Part shown: in pieces, positions 38,360-47,135 of the stretch | How the letters are laid out: the number at the start of each line of letters is the position of its first letter | Position numbering within the stretch: the stretch's first letter is position 1 | Assembly (NCBI GenBank): GCA_963711565.1 | Contig: CAVQEQ010000004.1 | Location: 96,001 to 160,000 of the forward strand | DNA length: 64,000 bases | DNA from: an uncultured delta proteobacterium | Lineage (GTDB): Bacteria; Desulfobacterota; Binatia; Binatales; Binataceae | Direction: 5' to 3' | Translations under genes and position numbers: made by a program | The notes under the pieces: model-generated | Databases searched by the model: none | What the model saw: only the letters and a program-made list of their open reading frames with translations | Told to the model about the DNA's origin: nothing

Positions 38360-40172
38360 CGAGCGCAACTCCTTCTTCCGCGCCGGCCGCGGTTTCGCCG
38401 AAGCGCGACGCCTGCAACTCGAACATCGTGCGGTAGCGTCCACCGAGCGCCATCAACTCGTCATGAGTGCCGAGTTCGACCACGCGCCCGTGTTCGAGCA
38501 CGCAGATGCGATCCGCGTGACGCACGGTCGAGAATCGGTGAGAGATCAGTATGGTGGTAGCGTGATGCGTCGCCTTCAGGATGCGATCGAAAATCTCGCT
38601 CTCGCCGCGCACGTCGAGTTGCGCGGTCGGCTCGTCGAGCAACACGACTCCGGCGCCGAGCTTGACCGCACACAGCGCACGCGCGAGCGCAATCCGCTGC
38701 CATTGCCCGCCGGAGAGATCGGTGCCGCCCTGGTATCCGCGCGCGAGGATCGTGTCGAGCGACGCGAGATGCGCCGCGCCGGCTTGCGCGAGCGCATCCT
38801 CGATCGCGGCGTCCGGCGCGCCCGCGGGTGAAACGTTGTCGCGCAGCGGCAGCTCAAATTTGGTGAAGTCCTGGAATACAGCAGTCACCCGCTCGCGCCA
38901 CGCGTCGATGTCGAGTTCGCGCAGATCGATGCCGTCGATCTCGATCGCGCCTTCGTTTGGATCGTAGAGGCGGCACAGCAGTTTCGCGAGCGTGGTCTTG
39001 CCGGCTCCATTCTGGCCGACGATCGCGAGCGACGTACCGGCCGGAATCGTCAAGTCGAAGCCTGACAGCACCGGTTCTCCACCTGTGGGATACGCGAAGC
39101 TCACGTTGCGGAACCGAATCTCGCGCGCCGGCATGTTCCGCGCCAAGCGGTTGCCGCGCGCGAGATCGCCGGTCGGCGCCATCGCGGCTTGCAAGCGGAG
39201 CACAGCGCCAGGCGCCGCGGCGCCGTCGAGCGCCCATGACAATCCGCCGAACGCAATCATGCTCGTGCTGACGGCGGCGCTGGCGAATGTAACGACTTGG
39301 CCGACTGCGATGCGTCCAGCGGCGGCGTCCGCCGCCAGCGCCCAGAACACGATCAGGTTGGCGGACAGCACAATTAGCAGGCTCCAGAGCACGGGTTGCT
39401 CGCGGAGGCGAGTCGCCTCCCAGCGGAGATCGAACAGGCGTCGGCGTCGCGAGGTGAAGCGCTCGATCGTCCATGACGCCAGGCCGAACAGCCGTAGTTC
39501 CTTCGCGGCGGGCGGATCGACGGCTAGGCGATAAGCGTAATCCGCGTGGCGCTGCGCCTCGCGCACTTCATCTGTATTGCGATCGCGCCAAACTCCGCTT
39601 TCGCGCAGCAGCCAGTGCGTCGCAAGCCATGCACCTGCGAGCAGTATCGGCGCCCACCACGCGTACGCTGCCAACACCAGCGCGGACAGCAGTCCTCCGA
39701 CCATCTCGACCAGCCCCGACGCGATGAAGTCCATCGAGATGCTCATTGGCGGTCCGCTGATTCCGAGATCGAAGTCGCGCGCCATCGCCAGGTCGGTGGT
39801 CAGGCGCGGGTCTTCGAGATGCCCCATGCCGGGCGGGCTGACGCACGCGATCGTCAAGTGATCGTAGAGCCACGCGGCGACGCGGCTGCCAAGGTTCGAA
39901 CCGACCGCATGATGGAACGGCGGCGTTATCTGAAGCAGCACGAACACAATGCCGACGGCGATGAGCGGATTGGCGAGAGGATTGCCGCGCTGCACAGCGC
40001 CGACCAGCACGCCCATCGCAATCGCGAACAGGGCAGGGAGCAGTCCGCGCAGTCCGAGCGCGGCCCACCATGCGATCGCAAGCGGGCGATCGGCCTTCAG
40101 CAGGACGCCGAAGAACTTCCAATCAGGACGCGCTTTTAGACGATCGAACATCGGCACCATCATTCTGATCAC
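38346..40172 (-). CDS. ABC exporter, fused TMD-NBD (heterodimer partner)
   Basis: GQNGAGKT; LSGGQ; LDEPT; ISHR; overlaps the next gene. Confidence 0.92.
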   Translation of the reverse strand: MIRMMVPMFDRLKARPDWKFFGVLLKADRPLAIAWWAALGLRGLLPALFAIAMGVLVGAVQRGNPLANPLIAVGIVFVLLQITPPFHHAVGSNLGSRVAAWLYDHLTIACVSPPGMGHLEDPRLTTDLAMARDFDLGISGPPMSISMDFIASGLVEMVGGLLSALVLAAYAWWAPILLAGAWLATHWLLRESGVWRDRNTDEVREAQRHADYAYRLAVDPPAAKELRLFGLASWTIERFTSRRRRLFDLRWEATRLREQPVLWSLLIVLSANLIVFWALAADAAAGRIAVGQVVTFASAAVSTSMIAFGGLSWALDGAAAPGAVLRLQAAMAPTGDLARGNRLARNMPAREIRFRNVSFAYPTGGEPVLSGFDLTIPAGTSLAIVGQNGAGKTTLAKLLCRLYDPNEGAIEIDGIDLRELDIDAWRERVTAVFQDFTKFELPLRDNVSPAGAPDAAIEDALAQAGAAHLASLDTILARGYQGGTDLSGGQWQRIALARALCAVKLGAGVVLLDEPTAQLDVRGESEIFDRILKATHHATTILISHRFSTVRHADRICVLEHGRVVELGTHDELMALGGRYRTMFELQASRFGETAAGAEEGVALDEPA

Positions 40173-40210
40173 ATAACCGTCGAAGCATAGCTTAGGTTAC
40201 GCGCCATCTA

Positions 40211-41086
40211 TCATTGCCATCGTTTCGGGGCGGTCTTCAGCCGCTGAACCCCGAGCTCGTCACACCATCGCTCGAACCGCGCGCGTGGCACGCCGTTGAA
40301 TTTCAGATCGTCGAGGGATTCAGCGAGCGGGACCCTGTCGATCAGCGTCGCGAGCTTACGGTAGAGGAGGGCGTCGGCGCGATGCTCGACCAGCATCGCC
40401 GCGAGCTGGGGCGCGCCGCGCGGCTTGACCCTCCAATCGGCAACGTCCGCGGGAATCCGCTCGAGCTTTTCGTAGGCGCCGAGAATCATCGCCGCCGTCT
40501 TCTTGCCGAAGCCGGGCAGCCCGGGAAAGCCGTCAGCGCTGTCGCCGGCCAGCCCGAGGAAGTCCGGCATGCTATCCGGCCCGAACCCGCGCTCGGCGCG
40601 AAAGGCGGACTCGTTCGTCACTTTTTTCTGGCGCCGATCGACCTGCACCACCCGGTCGCCGAGCAAGCACTGGCCGAGGTCTTTATCCGGACTGAGAATC
40701 CGCACCTGCTCGACCTCGTCGCGAAACCGACGCGCGCCGCTCGCGAGTCCGTCGTCCGCCTCGTACTCGCGCATCGACCAGACCGTTACGCCGATCGCGC
40801 GAACCGCATCCTCCGCGGCATCGAACTGCGACCGCAACTCGGGCGGAACGCCTTCATCGCTCTTGTACGGCGGATACAGATCGTTGCGATACGAACGGAT
40901 CGGATTGTCGAACGCCACCGCGATGTGAGTGACAGCTTCATCCGCGCCATGCAGCAGGGCCAGCAACGACTCGACGATGCCAACGGTGGCTTTGGCATCC
41001 CGGCCCGAAGGATCGCGATGACCGGGGCGCGGCGAATAGTGAGCCCGATAGAGCTCGTAGGTTCCGTCAACCAGATGCAGCCTCAC
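40211..41086 (-). CDS. Stand-alone 5'-3' exonuclease / flap endonuclease
   Basis: 'LHLVDGT', 'VAFD', 'EADD', 'SPDKD', 'GDSADGFPGLPGFGKKTA'. Confidence 0.92.
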   Translation of the reverse strand: MRLHLVDGTYELYRAHYSPRPGHRDPSGRDAKATVGIVESLLALLHGADEAVTHIAVAFDNPIRSYRNDLYPPYKSDEGVPPELRSQFDAAEDAVRAIGVTVWSMREYEADDGLASGARRFRDEVEQVRILSPDKDLGQCLLGDRVVQVDRRQKKVTNESAFRAERGFGPDSMPDFLGLAGDSADGFPGLPGFGKKTAAMILGAYEKLERIPADVADWRVKPRGAPQLAAMLVEHRADALLYRKLATLIDRVPLAESLDDLKFNGVPRARFERWCDELGVQRLKTAPKRWQ

Positions 41087-41345
41087 GCCGCGACCATAGC
41101 ACGGGCAGGGCCTCTCGCCTTGCCCGGCCTTGTTTAGGCCAGCCTCGCGTATCCAGTAATTTTTCCATTCCTGGCTCTTTACACAATCGTACAATCAGTA
41201 TAGTAATGAAACTGTTGGTTGTGGTCACCTAACGCGGACCAAGGCTGACCGGGACCGTCAGCGCGAGAGGTGGAACGAAGCCAAATCTAATACGGGGACA
41301 ATGGCCAATTTCGGCTAAAACATGATCGAAGGAGGACACGGGACA

Positions 41346-41516
41346 ATGGAAAAGATCACGAGGATGTTTGTGAAGGTTCGGGAGTATCAGAGCGGACAGA
41401 CCATGGCGGAATACGCGCTGATTCTCGCTGCCGTCGCGGTCGTAGTGTTCATCGGTTACGAGACCATGGGCACGACCATCACCACGCTGCTGTCCAGCGT
41501 TGACGGTAAGCTCTAG
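41346..41516 (+). CDS. flp: Flp (type IVc/Tad) pilin 1
   Basis: 'SG/QTMAEYALIL' prepilin motif; GGAGG RBS. Confidence 0.9.
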   Translation: MEKITRMFVKVREYQSGQTMAEYALILAAVAVVVFIGYETMGTTITTLLSSVDGKL

Positions 41517-41536
41517 TTTTCAACGGGTGAAGTCCC

Positions 41537-41568
41537 TGGGGTGGCGGATCAACCCATCCGCCACCCCA
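41537..41568. terminator. 13-bp perfect stem-loop after pilin 1 (terminator or mRNA stabiliser)
   Basis: TGGGGTGGCGGAT-caaccc-ATCCGCCACCCCA; no T-tract. Confidence 0.55.
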
Positions 41569-41713
41569 ATCAAAGGGCACGACCAGTGGTCGGAAACCTT
41601 AGCTGCTCGATGGCCTGACGGTCGTCAGGGAATGGTCTCTCAACGGGGACTGCAACCCAGCCCTCGTTTAGAGTTCGTTTCAAAAATCACGACCACCTTG
41701 GGAGGGGAAGTCA

Positions 41714-41881
41714 ATGCGCCACCAAACGGGAGCTTACCGGCTATTCGCAAATTCAAACGGTCAGACGATGGCCGAGTATGCATTGATACTTGCAACGATT
41801 GCGCTCGTAACGGCGGCCCTATACCAGAATGCGAGCACTATCCTCGATTCATTAGTCAACAACGTATGCTCGCTGTTTTAG
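41714..41881 (+). CDS. flp: Flp pilin 2 (55 aa; absent from the ORF track)
   Basis: MRHQTGAYRLFANSNG/QTMAEYALILATIALVTAALYQNASTILDSLVNNVCSLF; GGAGG upstream. Confidence 0.85.
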   Translation: MRHQTGAYRLFANSNGQTMAEYALILATIALVTAALYQNASTILDSLVNNVCSLF

Positions 41882-42082
41882 CCGGCTCGCCGTGCGGGTC
41901 ATTGGCGCTCGCATCGGCCGTCCTCGTGTACATCTCGCTGGCAACGAGCATCGACGGGAAGTGCTAGGCGCTCACGCGGCAATCTGCTAATTAGGGGGGC
42001 GCTGGCTGGTGTTTGCCCCCCTTTCACCAATCGGCTTCGGGCTGGCGATCGATGTCGCTGGCCCGTAACTTTTTAAAAAGTA

Positions 42083-42113
42083 AGAGGGCCGTCGATAAAT
42101 TCGACGGCCCTCT
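42083..42113 (-). terminator. Intrinsic terminator of surface protein A
   Basis: AGAGGGCCGTCGA-N5-TCGACGGCCCTCT followed by a T-run on the minus strand. Confidence 0.8.
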
Positions 42114-42138
42114 ATTACCTGATTCGATACGAGGATTC

Positions 42139-45100
42139 CTAGGGTGCCTTGCCACTGCCGGACAGCGCGTACTTCTGGCTGCCGGAGCCGCCCTGGTCAA
42201 CAAAGGTCACCTGGCCGGCGCGCGCGCCGGTAGTGGTCGGCGTGAAGTCGATGCTGACCGTACAGGTGCCGCTCGGCGCGACCATGGTCCCGCTGCAACC
42301 GTCTGCCGTGATTGAATAATCGGACGACAGTGCGCTCACCGTCGCGGAGGTGAACGGCAACGGGAGCGTGTTGGGGTTGGTGACCGTGATCGAGCTCGGT
42401 CCCGCAGTGGTTCCTACCGTTACCGCGCCGAAGGCGAGCGACGACGGCGAGAAGGTCGGCGCCAGCAGCGTGCCGGTGCCGGTCAGGCTGCTCGTCCCAC
42501 CGGAGTTGCTGAAGTTGCCGTTGAACGTGAGAGTGCCGGTGGCAGCGCCGGTCGCAGTCGGACTGAAGGTCACCGTTTCGGTGCAGCTGCTGTTCGCCGC
42601 CAGCACCCCGGTGCATCCGTCGCTGATGATTGCGAAGTTGCCCGACACCGCGACGCTGCTGATGGTCACGGCGATAGCGTTGTTATTCTTCACCGTCGCG
42701 ATCTTGGTCCCGCTGGTCAAACCCACTACCACACTGCCAAAGGCGGTCGTGGGCGGAAGGGTGATCGACGGGGCTACGCCCGCGCCGCTAAGCGTGACCG
42801 TGTTTGGAGCGTTCGCGGCGCCTGAGGGAACGTTCGCCGTGCCGGTAAAGCTGCCAACCGCGGAGGCGGTGAAACTTACCGTGAACACGCAGCTGTCGCC
42901 CGGCGTCCCGTTCACCGCCAGCGTCTGCCCCGAACACGGCTGGAAGTTCGCATTCAACTCGCAGGTTCCGCCGCCCGTGCAGCTCGTCTCGTCGCTCGGT
43001 CCGGTGCAGGCAGCGCCGGGATTGGCGCCCTCAACGCACGCATACATATTGACCAGCGTGCAGGTTCCGCCGCCCGTGCAGCTCGTCACGTCGCTGGTCC
43101 CGGTGCAGCTGGCGCCGGGGTTGGTGCCGCCCGCGCAGTCATAGAGCTTGACTGTTGGGAAAGCAGGATTGACGGCGCAGGTTCCTCCGTCCAGACAGCT
43201 CGTGACGTCGCTGGCGCCGAGGCAGTTGGCGCCGGGGTTGGAGCCGCCCGAGCACACATAGAGGTTGACCGGCTGGAAGTTCGGATTCAGGACGCAAGTC
43301 CCGCCGCCCGTACAGTCACTGTCCTCCGTGCATGCGGCGCCCGGGATGGAGCCGCCCAGGCACGCATCACCCGACATGGGCGTTGTGGCCGTCGAAGCGG
43401 CGATCGTACCGATCGAGACCGGGACGGCGGACTGATTCAGCGCCGTGACCCCGTTGTAGCCATAGGTCGTGGTCGTGCCCCAATTCGCGAACGTCGAGTT
43501 ACCGAACGCCAGGCCGTAGGGCGTGACCTTCAACTCCGCCATCACGACCTGACCGACGGTGTTCGAGGTGCTGGTAATGTAGAGGCAGCCGGTTGGATTG
43601 GGCGTATAGACCGCCGTCATGTTGTAGCTGCCCGGCGTAAGCGTCGAGGTAGTGCATTGCGCCTGGTCGGAAGTTGGACTGCCGAGAGCTACGTCCGAGC
43701 AGATGGGCGTGGCGCCGGCATTGAACGTCACCGTGCCGCAAGTGATCGGATCTGAGGAGTCGTCGGTCACCGTCGCAGTGAAAGTCAGCGGCTGACCGTA
43801 GAGTGACGGAGTGGTGCCGCTGGTCAGGGCCAGGTTGGTGTTACTCGGCACTGCGGTGGCGGTTGGCGTTGCCGTCGGCGTCTCGGTCGCGGTCTCAGTC
43901 GGGACGATTGTTTCAGTTGGTGTCGCCGTTGCCGTCTCAGTCGCCGTCGCCGTCTCGGTTGCAGTCACGGTCGGCGTAGCTGTCGCAGTTACGGTCGGTG
44001 TTGCTGTCGCGGTCACAGTCGCGGTTGCCGTCGCGGTCACGGTCGGCGTTGCTGTTGCGGTCACGGTCGCCGTTGCTGTTGCGGTTGCAGTCACAGTCGC
44101 CGTTGCCGTTGCAGTGACAGTCGGCGTTGATGTTGCTGTCTTCGTCGCGGTCGCTGTTGCGGTCGCTGTCTTCGTTGCGGTCGGCGTGGGTGTCGCCGCA
44201 ACAAAACAGGTGATTACGATCAGGCCGCCTGTGCCTGCGCCGCCTCCATCACCGGCACCGCCGCCACCTGCGCCGTAAGTGCCGCCGACTCCGCCAACAA
44301 TGGTCTGAGACCCTCCGCTGCCGCCGCCTCCACTCCCGAACGCAGGTGAAGTTTCATATTCTGTGCCGTCACCGCCGGCTATCCCGAAGAAGGGAGCGAC
44401 GCCTGAACCGCCCGCTCCACCAAAGCCGTTATCACCTGAGCCTCCCGGACCAGCGCTCGTCGAGGTTCCACCCGCTCCGGCATCACCCGCCCCGTTGGGC
44501 CCGGCCGCTCCTCCGCCTCCTCCAGAGCCGATGGCGGGATTGCTGGTGCCACCTGCGCCACCCGCGAACATGAAACCGGTGCCGCTTGCACCGCCGGCGC
44601 CGCCTGTATTACCCGATCCCGTTGATCCGCCCGCCGCACCGCACGAGGCGCTACTTATGCTCGTGCCGTTGAAATAAGTGCCGCCTCCGTTCGCGTCTGC
44701 CGCGCCTCCAGCTCCGATTGCGAAAGCAATGTTGTTGCCGGTCGTAAGCGAGAGGTTGCTGATCTTGCTATAGGCACCACCGCCGCCACCTCCGGATGAA
44801 GCACCGGAGGCACCGCCGGCACCGCCACCGATGCATTCAATGGTGTTATTGGAGCCGTTGCAGCTGCTCGGAACCGTCCAGCTGGTACCGGAGGTGAGGA
44901 AGATGACGGTCGTGGTCGGAATGGGCGTTGGAGTCATCGTCACCGTCGCGGTGGCGGTTACGGTTGGGGTTGCGGTCGCTGTTATGGTCGCAGTGGCAGT
45001 GACGGTCGGAGTCCTGGTCGCCGTCACGGTGGCCGTCGCAGTTGGCGTCGCGGTCGCGGTTCTGGTGGCCGTTGTGGTTGGGGTAGTCGTCGCAGTCGCG

Positions 45101-46989
45101 GTTGCGGTCCGGGTGGCCGTTGCAGTCGCTGTCGCGGTCTTGGTCGCGGTGACCGTCGGGGTTGGGGTCGCAGTTCTGGTCGGCGTCGGCGTGGCGCATC
45201 CGGCTCCATACCCGGTCACGACCAGGCCGTTTGCGGTAGAGAACGCGTAAGAGGTGCCCGTTCCCGCCCCCTGCAGGTAAAACGTATACGATCCCTGCGG
45301 GGTGTCGCATGCAGTCTTGATCGTCATTGTCGAGGCTGCGCAAGTGTTACCCTGACGACTAAATGTCACCGTCACGCCAGTCGGCACCGTCCATGCGGTA
45401 CCCGGTGTACCCGGATCCCCGGCCGTCCCCGCCGGATTGACGAGGCTGTAAGTGACGTCGCCGCTGGTGGACGTGCAATCGACCGAATACGTCGCTCCGG
45501 TAGTTGCTCCTGTGCCTCCGGCAAGAACCGGGCTGGGTGACTGCGCCCCAAGCGTTACGCCAGTTATATGGTCGGTGAAGCGATCCTGCGCGGTCAGGCC
45601 CGAGGTCTGCCCCGTCGCCGTCATCTCGAACACGACGCCGCCGTCGGTGTCGGTAATTTCGAAATTGTTGCCGTCGGTGAATGAGCCGGTGGAATCCGCC
45701 GTGTCAGTGAATTCGGTATTTTCGTTATTAGACTGTTGAATCTGGATGAGCACTGTCTCGTTCGGCGCCCATCCGGTGCCATAAATAATGACGGGGGAGC
45801 CGGGCGGATAGTCGGGCATGTCAGTGCGGATGGTCTGGTAGGAATACATCTCGGACAGCGCCAGTGGGGTGCCCGTGCTGTCCACGCCGCCGCTCACCAG
45901 CACCTGCCCGACCGCGGGCAGCGCAAAGAAGTTGGCCGCGAACTCGTCGCGCGCAACGCTCATCATCTCGTTGGCGACGAAGGTGCCGGCGACAGGATCG
46001 TAGAGTTCGTTCGCGGTGACCGGTGCGCCCTCGCTGCTGCCGCCGGCGATCAGCACCTTGCCGTTGTACGGCAGCGTCACGCCGACGTGGCTGCTGCGCG
46101 GCGTGATCATCGGCGCGGTGAGCGTCGTGAAAGTATCAGTCGTGGGATTGAACTCTTCCGCCGTATCCAGGTCGTTGCCGTTGGCATCCTGACCGCCCTC
46201 GATCAGCACATCGCCGTTAAGATCGAGCAGCATCGACGCGCTGGCCAGAGTGCGCGCAGTGTTGAGATCGCCGACCTCGGTAACGGTGTTGCCGTTGGGA
46301 TTAAAAATCTCCGCGCTGCTCAGCACTCCTGTCGTGTTCGAGCCGCCCGCGATCAGCACGGTGCCGTTGGTAAGCAGCGTGGCGGTCTGATCCTCGCGCG
46401 CATACTCCAACGAGGTCGTCAGCGCGAAGGTGCGCGTGGACGGATCGAAAATCTCGAGGTTGGCGAGTGGCGCCGTGGCGGACTCGCCGCCGGCGATCAG
46501 CACGCGGCCGTCGGCCAGCAGCGTCGCGGTGTGATGGCTGCGCGCTCGTTTCATCGCGGGCAGCTCAAGAAATTCGCCCGACACCGGATCGTATAGTTCG
46601 GCCGCCGCGACCGATTTGTTTGCGCCGTTGAGTCCGCCCGCGAGCAGGACGGTGTTGTCATTGAGGACTGTGGCGGTCAGACCGGAGACGCCGGTCGCGA
46701 GGCCGCTCGGCAAAGTTGTAAAGCTGTTGGTCGACAGATCGAAAATCTCGGCGCTCTTGAGCGGCTTGCCCGAACTGCCGACGCCGCCGACGATCAGTGC
46801 CTGGCCGTTGGGCAGCATCGCGGCGGCGTGATTCGCACGCCCCGTGTTGAGGCTGCCGGAAATCGTCCACGCGCCCGGCGCCTCGGCCGAAATCGGTAGC
46901 GCCAGCAGCAGGACGACGAACAGAGCTTTGAGGACAATAGAGCCCATGCGACCCGCGATTTTGCGGGAACCTGGATCGGCCGATTTCAT
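42139..46989 (-). CDS. Giant secreted surface protein A: 7 Kelch repeats, Ig-like, Gly-rich domain, Ala/Thr linkers, Big-like Ig, 4 Cys repeats, choice-of-anchor D-type domains
   Basis: Signal peptide; 'ARSHHTATLLADGRVLIAGG' repeats; 'LTSGTSWTVP..CIGGG'; TATATPTV tracts; 'PSSLAFG.V.VG...N...CTVSIDFTP'. Confidence 0.9.
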   Translation of the reverse strand: MKSADPGSRKIAGRMGSIVLKALFVVLLLALPISAEAPGAWTISGSLNTGRANHAAAMLPNGQALIVGGVGSSGKPLKSAEIFDLSTNSFTTLPSGLATGVSGLTATVLNDNTVLLAGGLNGANKSVAAAELYDPVSGEFLELPAMKRARSHHTATLLADGRVLIAGGESATAPLANLEIFDPSTRTFALTTSLEYAREDQTATLLTNGTVLIAGGSNTTGVLSSAEIFNPNGNTVTEVGDLNTARTLASASMLLDLNGDVLIEGGQDANGNDLDTAEEFNPTTDTFTTLTAPMITPRSSHVGVTLPYNGKVLIAGGSSEGAPVTANELYDPVAGTFVANEMMSVARDEFAANFFALPAVGQVLVSGGVDSTGTPLALSEMYSYQTIRTDMPDYPPGSPVIIYGTGWAPNETVLIQIQQSNNENTEFTDTADSTGSFTDGNNFEITDTDGGVVFEMTATGQTSGLTAQDRFTDHITGVTLGAQSPSPVLAGGTGATTGATYSVDCTSTSGDVTYSLVNPAGTAGDPGTPGTAWTVPTGVTVTFSRQGNTCAASTMTIKTACDTPQGSYTFYLQGAGTGTSYAFSTANGLVVTGYGAGCATPTPTRTATPTPTVTATKTATATATATRTATATATTTPTTTATRTATATPTATATVTATRTPTVTATATITATATPTVTATATVTMTPTPIPTTTVIFLTSGTSWTVPSSCNGSNNTIECIGGGAGGASGASSGGGGGGAYSKISNLSLTTGNNIAFAIGAGGAADANGGGTYFNGTSISSASCGAAGGSTGSGNTGGAGGASGTGFMFAGGAGGTSNPAIGSGGGGGAAGPNGAGDAGAGGTSTSAGPGGSGDNGFGGAGGSGVAPFFGIAGGDGTEYETSPAFGSGGGGSGGSQTIVGGVGGTYGAGGGGAGDGGGAGTGGLIVITCFVAATPTPTATKTATATATATKTATSTPTVTATATATVTATATATATVTATATPTVTATATATVTATATPTVTATATPTVTATETATATETATATPTETIVPTETATETPTATPTATAVPSNTNLALTSGTTPSLYGQPLTFTATVTDDSSDPITCGTVTFNAGATPICSDVALGSPTSDQAQCTTSTLTPGSYNMTAVYTPNPTGCLYITSTSNTVGQVVMAELKVTPYGLAFGNSTFANWGTTTTYGYNGVTALNQSAVPVSIGTIAASTATTPMSGDACLGGSIPGAACTEDSDCTGGGTCVLNPNFQPVNLYVCSGGSNPGANCLGASDVTSCLDGGTCAVNPAFPTVKLYDCAGGTNPGASCTGTSDVTSCTGGGTCTLVNMYACVEGANPGAACTGPSDETSCTGGGTCELNANFQPCSGQTLAVNGTPGDSCVFTVSFTASAVGSFTGTANVPSGAANAPNTVTLSGAGVAPSITLPPTTAFGSVVVGLTSGTKIATVKNNNAIAVTISSVAVSGNFAIISDGCTGVLAANSSCTETVTFSPTATGAATGTLTFNGNFSNSGGTSSLTGTGTLLAPTFSPSSLAFGAVTVGTTAGPSSITVTNPNTLPLPFTSATVSALSSDYSITADGCSGTMVAPSGTCTVSIDFTPTTTGARAGQVTFVDQGGSGSQKYALSGSGKAP

Positions 46990-47082
46990 ATTTTATCCTT
47001 CCCGTTTCCGCTCAATTCGAGCATTGCGGGCTCGTGCAAACCCCCGAACGACGTTGCGATCTCCCCCACTCTCGCGCGAAAA

Positions 47083-47109
47083 AGGGCCGTCGATAAGTTC
47101 GACGGCCCT
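47083..47109 (-). terminator. Intrinsic terminator of surface protein B
   Basis: AGGGCCGTCGA-N5-TCGACGGCCCT followed by TTTT on the minus strand; a copy of the hairpin at 42083. Confidence 0.8.
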
Positions 47110-47135
47110 CTGCTTCTGATTCGATACGAGGACTC

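Noticed and set aside
41200-41345. Possible c-di-GMP riboswitch upstream of the Flp pilin
   Set aside because: I could not find the GEMM-I or GEMM-II consensus; an Infernal/Rfam scan would settle it
43851-45193. CRISPR-like or perfect DNA tandem array
   Set aside because: The repeats are in-frame coding with scrambled synonymous codons; no spacers and no cas genes
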